DNA of 64,000 bases, taken from Callorhinchus milii (lineage: Eukaryota). The position numbers and the translations under genes were made by a program. The stretch covers positions 15,252,001 to 15,316,000 of the forward strand of contig NW_024704745.1 in NCBI RefSeq assembly GCF_018977255.1, written 5' to 3'. Every line of letters starts with the position of its first letter. The first letter of the stretch is position 1. Under the pieces are notes generated by a model that saw nothing but the letters and a program-made list of their open reading frames with translations, did not search any database and was not told the DNA's origin. Shown piece after piece: positions 38,584 to 52,151 of this stretch.

Positions 38584-39447
38584 GATAACACTTTTATCAC
38601 TGGAAGAAGACTTTGCATACATGGAGAGCATTTTTTTTGTGGTTGGGGGGTGGGGTGGGATGGGGTGGGGTGGGGGGATGAAAAGAACCAGCAAAGTTAC
38701 CGACAGGGAGGTTTCCAGTTGCTAAAAGATTTCACCAGCAAATCCCAATTAGGCAGCAAAGAAAAAAAAATACCCCCTCCCTTCTCCCCCACACCCACCC
38801 CCCCCACACACATTTTCCATCAATGAGATTTGGTTACATCGAGTTTACATAGCAATACATCTATCTTGAAGCACATGGGTGTTTTGACTGAATCGCCTGA
38901 ATTAGACGTTATTGCGATCACACCCAGTCTGCACCGCCTGTTTTCGTTCACGAATTGCTGGTCAATTCAAATGCAAAAATCGAGACGATGGCTTTGGCGT
39001 TGTAGTTATTCATTGCCAGGAAAGACCCTTTGAAAGAAGCGTCTGGCGCTTCAAGGGAAGCTGTCTGCAGGAGGTGATAAACTGCTGCAGTTTGATGATC
39101 AGCAGCTGAACCGAGATACCTGGATGCAAGGATCACAACTCTCGATTTGATGTACTGCAATACAGTCTGTGGCACAAACTGCCACAATAATCCCTCCAAA
39201 ACCCCAAACAATAATAAATCGGTCATTTTCAACCTACGATTGTCTGTGGGACATTGCTGTGCCCGCACTTGGCTGCCGCGTTCGCCCACAAATATACAGT
39301 CAATTCACTTTACAGTGTGTTCTGTGAAGCACTTTGGGATGTCCTCCCGACGTGAAAAGCGCTATATCAAATGCAAGGATTATTATTATTATTAACAGAA
39401 AAAAAATACCATGTGTGCTAAATATTAGAGATGCTGCATTAAGTGCC

Positions 39448-39693
39448 CGGCCCTTGCAGGGACCGGCCCTTGCAGGGACCGGCCCTTGCAGGGACCGGCC
39501 CTTGCAGGGACCGGCCCTTGCAGGGACCGGCCCTTGCAGGGACCGGCCCTTGCAGGGACCGGCCCTTGCAGGGACCGGCCCTTGCAGGGACCGGCCCTTG
39601 CAGGGACCGGCCCTTGCAGGGACCGGCCCTTGCAGGGACCGGCCCTTGCAGGGACCGGCCCTTGCAGGGACCGGCCCTTGCAGGGACCGGCCC
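39448..39693. repeat. 16-bp minisatellite, variant GCAGGGACCGGCCCTT
   Basis: About 15 homogeneous units. Confidence 0.95.
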
Positions 39694-39944
39694 AGGGGTG
39701 GGGTGATTGGCAGGGAGGGCGTGTCGGGGCGGGGCGGGTGACTCGCGGGCGGGGCGGGTGACTGGCAGGGAGGGCGGGGCGGGGCGGGTGACTGGCAGGG
39801 AGGGCGGGGCGGGGCGGGTGACTGGCAGGGAGGGCGGGGCGGGTGACTGGCAGGGAGGGCGGGGCGGGGCGGGTGACTGGCAGGGAGGGCGGGGCGGGGC
39901 GGATTTCCTGGTGCCCCCCCGCCTCCTGCACTCGGTGCAGCGCT

Positions 39945-39996
39945 GTGAGTGGGAGAGACGCTGTTGTGATCCTCTCTGCAGCGAGAACCCGAATGG
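39945..39996 (+). pseudogene. ACAT2: ACAT2 exon 1 copy 2 (donor GT>GG)
   Basis: VSGRDAVVILSAARTRM(G), followed by ggaaca. Confidence 0.75.
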
Positions 39997-40037
39997 GGAA
40001 CACAGAGAGAGCAGCGCCACAGACGGACAGCGAGTTG

Positions 40038-40253
40038 GGACCCCCGGACACTGGGGGGGGGACCCCCGGACACTGGGGGGGGACCCCCGGACACTGGGGG
40101 GGGACCCCCGGACACTGGGGGGGACCCCCGGACACTGGGGGGGGACCCCGGACACTGGGGGGGACCCCGGACACTGGGGGGGACCCCCGGACACTGGGGG
40201 GGGACCCCGGACACTGGGGGGGGACCCCCGGACACTGGGGGGACCCGGACACT
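40038..40253. repeat. About 20-bp minisatellite GGGACCCCCGGACACTGGGG after ACAT2 exon 1
   Basis: About 11 units here; 3-5 units at about 22741, 48181 and 58655. Confidence 0.9.
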
Positions 40254-43192
40254 GTGTGTGTGTGTGGAGGCGCTGTAAGGTTTGCATTTAAGTACTGGAA
40301 ATTCATTGCATTTCCCTCTGTTTTCTAACCTCTCTGAGGATCTGTGGCGTTTAGTTCTAAGGCTACCAACTGCCCTCCAGTAATAACTCAATCCAAGTCA
40401 CAGGTGTGTTAGTTGCTTCTTTATTTTGTCTTTCCAAACTCTCAGTAAAGCACCACTTTACATCACACATTCTTTGTTCTCACTCCCAGTATCCTTTTAT
40501 ACTTTCTTTCATTGGCTCCTGTTAATTGATCCCAATTGAGTATTCAACAGACATGAGCTGCAGAGTTCCGGATGATTTGCAGTTTGTGGAGGGAAAAGTT
40601 GGGATGGCTGACAAGCAGGGAGTTGGCATAGTCAAGCCTGGATGTGAAGAACGGGTGAATTAAGCTTACACTATAGAGGGTTACATTATAGACAATATAT
40701 CTAATGTAAAGATTATTATTCTAAACCTGTATTGATGTCCATCCTAGGTCAGGCAATAGGGAGGAGTACTTAGCTGGGAATGAAGGTTTATTGGAGGGAA
40801 TTGTTAGTAGCAGGCATAACTGTATTCTGTTTGGTGATGAGTTTATTGTCTTCTGATAATCTCCATATGTCTTTCTTCCTTCAATTCCTGTCCATCTCCC
40901 ATCACTCTGCCTATGTGTGAGAATGCGTGTGTCTCTTTCATGAGTCTTTATCTTTTAATTTTGTCTGTCTCCTGCAAATTGTGAGCTATATTCATTTGTT
41001 CTTTCTCATTTTTCATTCTCTTTTCCCTCACTCACTCTCTCTTTCACAGTCAGTCACATCGCTATCTCTTTCTGTATATTTAGTTAAAAATAATAATGTA
41101 TTAATAATGCATTGCATTTGATACAGCACCTTATCATTCTCAAAGTACTTCACAAAATATACTGTAAAGTGAATTGACTGTATGTTTTGCGGGTGAAACG
41201 AGGCAGCCAATTGCGCACAGCAGTGTCCTACAAACAGTCATGGATTAATACATAAAGAAAGCCTCTTTGCCTTCCAAAACTGTGGGGATTAGAGATTAAT
41301 GAACAAGGTTGTTGGTATCATATCTTGGATTTTAGCAACGCAGTGATCATTTAAGTGTGAAGCAAGATCCAATTTGTGCTTACTCATCACCTTGAGCAGA
41401 TAGGCTCAGATGCATATTAGTTTGCATTGGCTGCCCTTTGAGCGTACTTGGGCAATCCATTGAAAAGTCGCAAGATTTCAAAGGACCGTTCTTTAATGTT
41501 ACAAAGAGTTGTTCTCAAGCTTCCCTGATGACCTAATGGATAAAGGGCCAGCACAAAGGTGTATAAGCAAAGATTGCAGACAGACTGAATTGATATAGAC
41601 AGAACAGCAACTGGGACAGTTAATCTCAGTGCTCCTTTCACCAATTACTAGTCTAAATTCAGTCCTCAGCACAAACTTGATGACTGAATGGTCTGCTAGA
41701 ACATCGTATGTTTCTACACAGTGGGAGGAGCTGGGGATGAAACACTGATTCCTGGGACACCACTTGTCACTATAATAAATAATAATCCTTGCTTTTGTTA
41801 TGGCGCTGTTCATATCAGGAAGATGGCTCAAAGTGCTTTACATGAGTTACTTAAAGCGTTGTGAAAATGATTATTTTGTAGAAAAACACAGTAGCCAATT
41901 TGTCACATCTAACATCCCATAAACAGCCATGAGGTGAATGATCAATTTTGTCTGGGAATTTTGGCCAGGATACCGGGAGAAACTCTTTTCTCCCTGCACT
42001 TCCCTTCTTCACTGCCTTCTAATTAGAGACTGTCCATTTTATCACCAAAATTCAGCTTCCCAACTAAGTTCCTATCCATCACACACAACTGTCTCCATTT
42101 CCACGTTATTAATTCCATGTAGGAAAATGTAGGATGTGTCTGTATCCCAGCACTTGTAGTACAAACTGTTTAACAATTTGCTTCACCAGTGATATTATCC
42201 TGTTTCTGATTTCCACATTCTTTACAGTGCTATTAAAGGCTGTTTGGTAGTGTAGTAGCAATATTATGTTATCAATTACCCTGAATTACACAACAAACAT
42301 TTGGTCCTGAATTCAACACATATTTTGTCTCGCTAATGCTGTACTTTTGGGATTGGGTGAATATGTTATTAGACACAGAAATGGCCAAACCGTACAAAGC
42401 TATGCCTTACTTTTCCAGATATGCAGGGTCTTGGGTATTCTTTAAAATATTCTAGGTTTGAGTGATCACATTGTTAGTGTCATTTCTGAGCAATATACAA
42501 GTGTGCTGATATCTCTCCAACTAAAGTGAACAGTAGCATATCTAAGATTGACTGTTCCCAGCAGATTTTACTCAGTCCAAAGCATATCTAATAAAAACAA
42601 GTTGCACAATTATATTTCCTCACACACACAATGTCAAATTATTTATTTTGTGTTTGCATGACATTAATTTCAGCTGAACTAGCATAGAAAAAAGGATACT
42701 TTATGAATGCCTGCAGAATTAAATTAATACAAAATCTTACCCTTTTTTCAATGTGTGTGTGGTGAATTGGCAAAAGTTGCATAAACAGTGCAATGACTTG
42801 TAAGAAGTACAGTATAAGTAACACTAAGGTGATAAGCATTTCTTAAGAATTTGAAAGTGATGCATAATTCATTGGGAACAGCTCCAGCATGTCACCAAAG
42901 GTACATGTGATGATGTCCTTACATTGATGGCCTCCTTGTTCAGATTGTTTGAACCTCAGGATCTCTCAGACTTTCCAACTAACAGCAACTTGCATTTATA
43001 TAGCATCCATCACTCAGGGCAGTAACTCGGAGCATCTAAAAGTGGCGGAACCCAAACTGGGGGGAGAGAGGAGGTGACCGTAAGCACAGTCGAAGAGGAA
43101 GCGATCTAAAGAAAGGGGAAGGAGGGGGCAGGTGGGGGGATTGGGGAGAGAGAGTTCCAAAGCTTTGGGGGCAAATAACACATTATCTTACA

Positions 43193-44686
43193 CTAAGAGC
43201 AATAAAACGACGATTCCAAATGATTTCTCCTATCTGGGAACTTTTTAAGGAAGCCTTTCAGCATTTCAGTAGCCTGCAGGTGCGATTCCGAATTGTACAA
43301 AGACAACGAAAGTAACAGCTGGTTGACAATGTTCATCAAACAATCTTCGATCTCTTTCAGATCGCCATCAAGTTGGAAGCCGTCCTTCCTGGTCGCCAAG
43401 CGAACGCAGATGTTTCTTAACTCCACGCTGAGCTACAAATCAACAACAACAACAACAACAACAAGATTCCATTTATAAAGCGCCTTTCACGTCAGGAGGA
43501 CGTCCCAAGGCGCTGCACAGTTGGGTCATGACCCGAGCAGGGGGGAAATGGTCAGGGTGAGGGGAGGGAAGGGAGGGAGCGAGGAGGGGGGAAATGGTCA
43601 GGGTGAGGGGAGGGAGGGAGGGAGCGAGGAGGGGGGAAATGGTCAGGGTGAGGGGAGGGAAGGGAGGGAGCGAGGAGGGGGAAGAGAGTCGAGAGGGGAG
43701 CTGAAGGCTCGGTCAAAGAGAAAGGTTTTGAGACCGGCCTTGAAGGAGGAAAGGGAGGAAGCAAGGCGAAGGCACTGGGGGATGGAGTTCCAGAGCCTGG
43801 GGGCTGAGAGGCTGAAGGCCCGACCACCGATGGTAGGGCGGTTGGGGCGGGGGACGTGGAGCAGACCGGAGCCAGAGGAACGGAGGGTACGGGCAGGTAG
43901 GTAGGGGGATAGTAGGTCGGAGAGATAGGAGGGAGCAAGGCCGTGAATGGCCTTGTAATAAACAATAAACAATTAAACAAGAAGATATATTAGCAAAATG
44001 CAAATATTGGATTTGCCAATTTTTGCCAATTCACCACACACACATTGAAAAAAATCAAATGCACAGCGCGAGCTGATTTATGTGTCTCTATCTAACATTG
44101 GCGGTTAGGTTTTTCTTGATTATTAATATTGGCAGTGAGATATTTACCAAAGCTGTACACTCAAACGGTGACACAGGTGAGCGAAGAGGTTTGCACTCCC
44201 TCGTTTTAAACAGCAAAGAGTTGCCATTATTTCTTCGCGCATCTGCTTTAAGGATGAGCGCGACAATAAAGTGGGTGTACACGTCGATGGGAAGTAGAAG
44301 TTTTCAGGACCTGCGTGTCACCCCCCACCCCCTCTCCCCCTCCCCCCCTCCCTCCCTCTCCTTTACCCACAAGATGCCACTCTCACCTTTAATTCCACAG
44401 GGAAGAAGTGTGGCTCCGGCAAAGGGCACAGTCCGCGCTGCTCCACGGCGGTCAGTTCGGAAGTCAGGTCCACGAAGCGGCTCAGTTTGCTCTCTCTGGC
44501 CATGTGGGCAATGGTCCGCCGGCTGTGCGGAGGACCCGGCGGGTGGCGGGTGGCCGGGCTGGGCTGGTCCGGGCAGGGCTGGTCCGGGCCAATGCATCGC
44601 TCGCTCTCCAGCCTCTGCCGCAGGGTCTTCAGAGCCACCCACTGGTGGTCGATGCACGTCTGCAAAGCGGCTGCTGGTCTGTGCAT
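43193..44686 (-). CDS. DLEU7: DLEU7 homologue copy 6: exons 44686-44387, 43432-43193
   Basis: Open frame, splice sites intact, L2 in intron. Confidence 0.88.
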
Positions 44687-46349
44687 CGTCGAAGCAGCGG
44701 CAAAGATTCACTGCTGAGGGATGGGGTGGGGTGGGGGTGGGGGTGGATCGCTGCAAACTGCACTCCTCAATGAGTGCCCCCCCCCCACCCCCGCCACCCC
44801 CTTGTTTTTGGTACCCCAGATCAGCTAAAAGTTTCTGCTCTCATCAGCCCCCTCACCAATAGCTTTCTGCTGCGTGTACACCCAAAGCGATAACACTTTT
44901 ATCACTGGAAGAAGACTTTGCATATATGGAGAGCATTTTTTTTTTTGGAGGGGGTTGGGATGGGGTGGGATGGGGTGGGGTGGGGGGATGAAAAGAACCA
45001 GCAAAGTTACCGACAGGGAGGTTTCCAGTTGCTAGAAGATTTCACCAGCAAATCCCAATTAGGCAGCAAAGAAAAAAAAATACCCCCCCCTTCTCCCCCA
45101 CACCCACCCCCCACACACACATGTTCCATCAATGAGATTTGGTTACATCGAGTTTACATAGCAATACATCTATCTTGAAGCACATGGGTGTTTTGACTGA
45201 ATCGCCTGAATTAGACGTTATTGCGATCACACCCAGTCTGCACCGCCTGTTTTCGTTCACGAATTGCTGGTCAATTCAAATGCAAAAATCGAGACGATGG
45301 GTTTGGCGTTGTAGTTATTCATTGCCAGGAAAGACCCTTTGAAAGAAGCGTCTGGCGCTTCAAGGGAAGCTGTCTGCAGGAGGTGATAAACTGCTGCAGT
45401 TTGATGATCAGCAGCTGAACCGAGATACCTGGATGCAAGGATCACAACTCTCGATTTGATGTACTGCAATACAGTCTGTGGCACAAACTGCCACAATAAT
45501 CCCTCCAAAACCCCAAACAATAATAAATCGGTCATTTTCAACCTACGATTGTCTGTGGGACATTGCTGTGCCCGCAATTGGCTGCCGCGTTCGCCCACAA
45601 ATCAACAGTGTGTTCTGTGAAGCGCTTTGGGACGTCCGTCCGACGTGAAAAGCGCTATATCAAATGCAAGGATTATTATTATTATTAACAGAAAAAAAAT
45701 ACCGTGCGTGCTAAATATTAGAGATGCTGCATTAAGTGCCAAGTATGCCCTTGCAGGGACCGGCCCTTGCAGGGACCGGCCCTTGCAGGGACCGGCCCTT
45801 GCAGGGGCGGGGGACGTGTAGCAGACCGGAGCCAGAGGAACGGAGGGTACGGGCAGGTAGGTAGGGGGATAGTAGGTCGGAGAGATAGGAGGGAGCAAGG
45901 CCGTGAATGGCCTTGTAATAAACAATAAAACAAATAAACAAGAAGATATATTAGCAAAATGCAAATATTGGATTTGCCAATTTTTGCCAATTCACCACAC
46001 ACACATTGAAAAAAATCAAATGCACAGCGCGAGCTGATTTATGTGTCTCGATCTGACATTGGCGGTCAGGTTTTTCTTGATTATTAATATTGGCAGTGAG
46101 ATATTTACCAAAGCTGTACACTCAAACGGTGACACAGGTGAGCGAAGAGGTTTGCACTCCCTCGTTTTAAACTGCAAAGAGTTGCCATTATTTCTTCGCG
46201 CATCTGCTTTAACGATGAGCGCGACAATAAAGTGGGTGTACACGTCGATGGGAAGCAGAAGTTTTCCGGACCTGTCCTGTGTGTCACCCCCACCCCTCTC
46301 CCCCTCCCTCCCTCCCTCCCTCCCCTTACCCACAAGATGCCCCTCTCAC

Positions 46350-46654
46350 CTTCAATTCCACAGGGAAGAAGTGTGGCTCCGGCAAAGGGCACAGTCCGCG
46401 CTGCTCCACGGCGGTCAGTTCGGAAGTCAGGTCCACGAAGCGGCTCAGTTTGCTCTCTCTGGCCATGTGGGCAATGGTCCGCCGGCTGTGCGGAGGACCC
46501 GGCGCGTGGCGGGTGGCCGGGCTGGGCTGGTCCGGGCAGGGCTGGGCTGGTCCGGGCCAATGCATCGCTCGCTCTCCAGCCTCTGCCGCAGGGTCTTCAG
46601 AGCCACCCACTGGTGGTCGATGCACGTCTGCAAAGCGGCTGCTGGTCTGTGCAT
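46350..46654 (-). pseudogene. DLEU7: DLEU7 orphan exon 1 with +5 frameshift
   Basis: 305 nt instead of 300 (extra gggct), stop after 69 aa; its own exon 2 is missing. Confidence 0.85.
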
Positions 46655-48089
46655 CGTCGAAGCAGCGGCAAAGATTCACTGCTGAGGGATGGGGTGGGGT
46701 GAGGGTGGGGGTGGATCGCTGCAAACTGCACTCCTCAATGAGTGCCCCCCCCCCACCCCCGCCACCCCCTTGTTTTTGGTACCCCAGATCAGCTAAAAGT
46801 TTCTGCTCTCATCAGCCCCCTCACCAATAGCTTTCTGCTGCGTGTACACCCAAAGCGATAACACTTTTATCACTGGAAGAAGACTTTGCATATATGGAGA
46901 GCATTTTTTTTTTTGGAGGGGGTTGGGATGGGGTGGGATGGGGTGGGGTGGGGGATGAAAAGAACCAGCAAAGTTACCGACAGTGAGGTTTCCAGTTGCT
47001 AGAAGATTTCACCAGCAAATCCCAATTAGGCAGCAAAGAAAAAAAAATACCCCCCCCTTCTCCCCCACACCCACCCCCCACACACACATGTTCCATCAAT
47101 GAGATTTGGTTACATCGAGTTTACATAGCAATACATCTATCTTGAAGCACATGGGTGTTTTGACTGAATCGCCTGAATTAGACGTTATTGCAATCACACC
47201 CAGTCTGCACCGCCTGTTTTCGTTCACGAATTGCTGGTCAATTCAAATGCAAAAATCGAGACGATGGCTTTGGCGTTGTAGTTATTCATTGCCAGGAAAG
47301 ACCCATTGAAAGAAGCGTCTGGCGCTTCAAGGGAAGCTGTCTGCAGGAGGTGATAAACTGCTGCAGTTTGATGATCAGCAGCTGAACCGAGATACCTGGA
47401 TGCAAGGATCACAACTCTCGATTTGATGTACTGCAATACAGTCTGTGGCACAAACTGCCACAATAATCCCTCCAAAACCCCAAACAATAATAAATCGGTC
47501 ATTTTCAACCTACGATTGTCTGTGGGACATTGCTGTGCCCGCAATTGGCTGCCGCGTTCGCCCACAAATCAACAGTGTGTTCAGTGAAGCGCTTTGGGAC
47601 GTCCGTCCGACGTGAAAAGCGCTATATCAAATGCAAGGATTATTATTATTATTAAAAGAAAAAAAATACCGTGCGTGCTAAATATTAGAGATGCTGCATT
47701 AAGTGCCAAGTATGCCCTTGCAGGGACCGGCCCTTGCAGGGACCGGGGTGGGGTGATTGGCAAGGAGGGCGTGTCGGGGCGGGGCGGGTGACTCGCGGGG
47801 CGGGGCGGGTGACTGGCAGGGAGGGCGGGGCGGGGCGGGTGACTGGCAGGGAGGGCGGGGCGGGGCGGGGCGGGTGACGGGCAGGGAGGGCGGGGCGGGG
47901 CGGGTGACTGGCAGGGAGGGCGGGGCGGGTGACTGGCAGGTAGGGCGGGGCGGGGCGGGTGACTGGCAGGGAGGGCGGGGCGGGTGACTGGCAGGGAGGG
48001 CGGGGCGGGGCGGGTGACTGGCAGGGAGGGCGGGGCGGGGCGGATTTCCTGGTGCCCCCCCCCCCGCCTCCTGCACTCGGTGCAGCGCT

Positions 48090-48141
48090 GTGAGTGGGAG
48101 AGACGCGGTTGTGATCCTCTCCGCAGCGAGAACCCGAATGG
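48090..48141 (+). pseudogene. ACAT2: ACAT2 exon 1 copy 3
   Basis: VSGRDAVVILSAARTRM(G)|gtaaca. Confidence 0.75.
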
Positions 48142-51100
48142 GTAACACAGAGAGAGCAGCGCCACAGACGGACAGCGGGTGGGGACCCCCGGACACTGGG
48201 GGGGGACCCCCGGACACTGGGGGGGGACCCCCGGACACTGGGGGGGGGACCCCCGGACACTGGGGGGGGACCCCCGGACACTGGGGGTGTGTGTGTGTGT
48301 GTGGAGGCGCTGTAAGGTTTGCATTTAAGTACTGGAAATTCATTGCATTTCCCTCTGTTTTCTAACCTCTCTGAGGATCTGTGGCGTTTAGTTCTAAGGC
48401 TACCAACTGCCCTCCAGTAATAACTCAATCCAAGTCACAGGTGTGTTAGTTGCTTCTTTATTTTGTCTTTCCAAACTCTCAGTAAAGCACCACTTTACAT
48501 CACACATTCTTTGTTCTCACTCCCAGTATCCTTTTATACTTTCTTTCATTGGCTCCTGTTAATTGATCCCAATTGAGTATTCAACAGACATGAGCTGCAG
48601 AGTTCCGGATGATTTGCAGTTTGTGGAGGGAAAAGTTGGGATGGCTGACAAGCAGGGAGTTGGCATAGTCAAGCCTGGATGTGAAGAACGGGTGAATTAA
48701 GCTTACACTATAGAGGGTTACATTATAGACAATATATCTCATGTAAAGATTATTATTCTAAACCTGTATTGATGTCCATCCTAGGTCAGGCAATAGGGAG
48801 GAGTACTTAGCTGGGAATGAAGGTTTATTGGAGGGAATTGTTAGTAGCAGGCATAACTGTATTCTGTTTGGTGATGAGTTTATTGTCTTCTGATAATCTC
48901 CATATGTCTTTCTTCCTTCAATTCCTGTCCATCTCCCATCACTCTGCCTATGTGTGAGAATGCGTGTGTCTCTTTCATGAGTCTTTATCTTTTAATTTTG
49001 TCTGTCTCCTGCAAATTGTGAGCTATATTCATTTGTTCTTTCTCATTTTTCATTCTCTTTTCCCTCATTCACTCTCTCTTTCACAGTCAGTCACATCGCT
49101 ATCTCTTTCTGTATATTTAGTTAAAAATAATAATGTATTAATAATGCATTGCATTTGATACAGCACCTTATCATTCTCAAAGTACTTCACAAAATATACT
49201 GTAAAGTGAATTGACTGTATGTTTTGCGGGTGAAACGAGGCAGCCAATTGCGCACAGCAGTGTCCTACAAACAGTCATGGATTAATACATAAAGAAAGCC
49301 TCTTTGCCTTCCAAAACTGTGGGGATTAGAGATTAATGAACAAGGTTGTTGGTATCATATCTTGGATTTTAGCAACGCAGTGATCATTTAAGTGTGAAGC
49401 AAGATCCAATTTGTGCTTACTCATCACCTTGAGCAGATAGGCTCAGATGCATATTAGTTTGCATTGGCTGCCCTTTGAGCGTACTTGGGCAATCCATTGA
49501 AAAGTCGCAAGATTTCAAAGGACCGTTCTTTAATGTTACAAAGAGTTGTTCTCAAGCTTCCCTGATGACCTAATGGATAAAGGGCCAGCACAAAGGTGTA
49601 TAAGCAAAGATTGCAGACAGACTGAATTGATATAGACAGAACAGCAACTGGGACAGTTAATCTCAGTGCTCCTTTCACCAATTACTAGTCTAAATTCAGT
49701 CCTCGCACAAACTTGATGACTGAATGGTCTGCTAGAACATCGTATGTTTCTACACAGTGGGAGGAGCTGGGGATGAAACACTGATTCCTGGGACACCACT
49801 TGTCACTATAATAAATAATTATCCTTGCTTTTGTTATGGCGCTGTTCATATCAGGAAGATGGCTCAAAGTGCTTTACATGAGTTACTTAAAGCGTTGTGA
49901 AAATGATTATTTTGTAGAAAAACACAGTAGCCAATTTGTCACATCTAACATCCCATAAACAGCCATGAGGTGAATGATCAATTTTGTCTGGGAATTTTGG
50001 CCAGGATACCGGGAGAAACTCTTTTCTCCCTGCACTTCCCTTCTTCACTGCCTTCTAATTAGAGACTGTCCATTTTATCACCAAAATTCAGCTTCCCAAC
50101 TAAGTTCCTATCCATCACACACAACTGTCTCCATTTCCACGTTATTAATTCCATGTAGGAAAATGTAGGATGTGTCTGTATCCCAGCACTTGTAGTACAA
50201 ACTGTTTAACAATTTGCTTCACCAGTGATATTATCCTGTTTCTGATTTCCACATTCTTTACAGTGCTATTAAAGGCTGTTTGGTAGTGTAGTAGCAATAT
50301 TATGTTATCAATTACCCTGAATCACACAACAAACATTCGGTCCTGAATTCAACACATATCTTGTCTCGCTAATGCTGTACTTTTGGGATTGGGTGAATAT
50401 GTTATTAGACACAGAAATGGCCAAACCGTACAAAGCTATGCCTTACTTTTCCAGATATGCAGGGTCTTGGGTATTCTTTAAAATATTCTAGGTTTGAGTG
50501 ATCACATTGTTAGTGTCATTTCTGAGCAATATACAAGTGTGCTGATATCTCTCCATCTAAAGTGAACAGTAGCATATCTAAGATTGACTGTTCCCAGCAG
50601 ATTTTACTCAGTCCAAAGCATATCTAATAAAAACAAGTTGCACAATTATATTTCCTCACACACACAATGTCAAATTATTTATTTTGTGTTTGCATGACAT
50701 TAATTTCAGCTGAACTAGCATAGAAAAAAGGATACTTTATGAATGCCTGCAGAATTAAATTAATACAAAATCTTACCCTTTTTTCAATGTGTGTGTGGTG
50801 AATTGGCAAAAGTTGCATAAACAGTGCAATGACTTGTAAGAAGTACAGTATAAGTAACACTAAGGTGATAAGCATTTCTTAAGAATTTGAAAGTGATGCA
50901 TAATTCATTGGGAACAGCTCCAGCATGTCACCAAAGGTACATGTGATGATGTCCTTACATTGATGGCCTCCTTGTTCAGATTGTTTGAACCTCAGGATCT
51001 CTCAGATTTTCCAACTAACAGCAACTTGCATTTATACAGCATCCATCACTCAGGGCAGTAACTCGGAGCATCTAAAAGTGGCGGAACCCAAACTGGGGGG

Positions 51101-51228
51101 AGAGAGGAGGTGACCGTAAGCACAGTCGAAGAGGAAGCGATCTAAAGAAAGGGGAAGGAGGGGGCAGGTGGGGGGATTGGGGAGAGAGAGTTCCAAAGCT
51201 TTGGGGGCAAATAACACATTATCTTACA

Positions 51229-52151
51229 CTAAGAGCAATAAAACGACGATTCCAAATGATTTCTCCTATCTGGGAACTTTTTAAGGAAGCCTTTCAGCAT
51301 TTCAGTAGCCTGCAGGTGCGATTCCGAATTGTACAAAGACAACGAAAGTAACAGCTGGTTGACAATGTTCATCAAACAATCTTCGATCTCTTTCAGATCG
51401 CCATCAAGTTGGAAGCCGTCCTTCCTGGTCGCCAAGCGAACGCAGATGTTTCTTAACTCCACGCTGAGCTACAAATCAAATAAACAAGAAGATCTATTAG
51501 CAAAATGCAAATATTGGGCGTTGAATCAAATGCACAGCGCGAGCTGATTTATGTGTCTCGATCTGACATTGGCGGTCAGGTTTTTCTTGATTATTAATAT
51601 TGGCAGTGAGATATTTACCAAAGCTGTACACTCAAACGGTGACACAGGTGAGCGAAGAGGTTTGCACTCCCTCGTTTTAAACAGCAAAGAGTTGCCATTA
51701 TTTCTTCGCGCATCTGCTTTAAGGATGAGCGCGACAATAAAGTGGGTGTACACGTCGATGGGAAGCAGAAGTTTTCCGGACCTGTCCTGTGTGTCACCCC
51801 CCACCCCCTCTCCCCCTCCCTCCCTCCCCTTACCCACAAGATGCCCCTCACCTTTAATTCCACAGGGAAGAAGTGTGGCTCCGGCAAAGGGCACAGTCCG
51901 CGCTGCTCCACGGCGGTCAGTTCGGAAGTCAGGTCCACGAAGCGGCTCAGTTTGCTCTCTCTGGCCATGTGGGCAATGGTCCGCCGGCTGTGCGGAGGAC
52001 CCGGCGGGTGGCGGGTGGCCGGGCTGGGCTGCTCCGGGCTGGGCTGGTCCGGGCCAATGCATCGCTCGCTCTCCAGCCTCTGCCGCAGGGTCTTCAGAGC
52101 CACCCACTGGTGGTCGATGCACGTCTGCAAAGCGGCTGCTGGTCTGTGCAT
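51229..52151 (-). CDS. DLEU7: DLEU7 homologue copy 7: exons 52151-51852, 51468-51229; shortest intron
   Basis: Open frame (PDQPSPEQPS variant); lacks both the L2 and the inverted insert. Confidence 0.88.

Noticed and set aside
38057-38725. Functional reverse transcriptase or retron-like system associated with the array
   Set aside because: Only about 370 bp of an L2 RT core, no real start, stop codon in two of three copies
39300-40391. Long ORFs over minisatellites (also 22008-22945, 47581-48428, 57630-58857)
   Set aside because: Stop-free only because of GC-rich repeats; length and frame vary between copies
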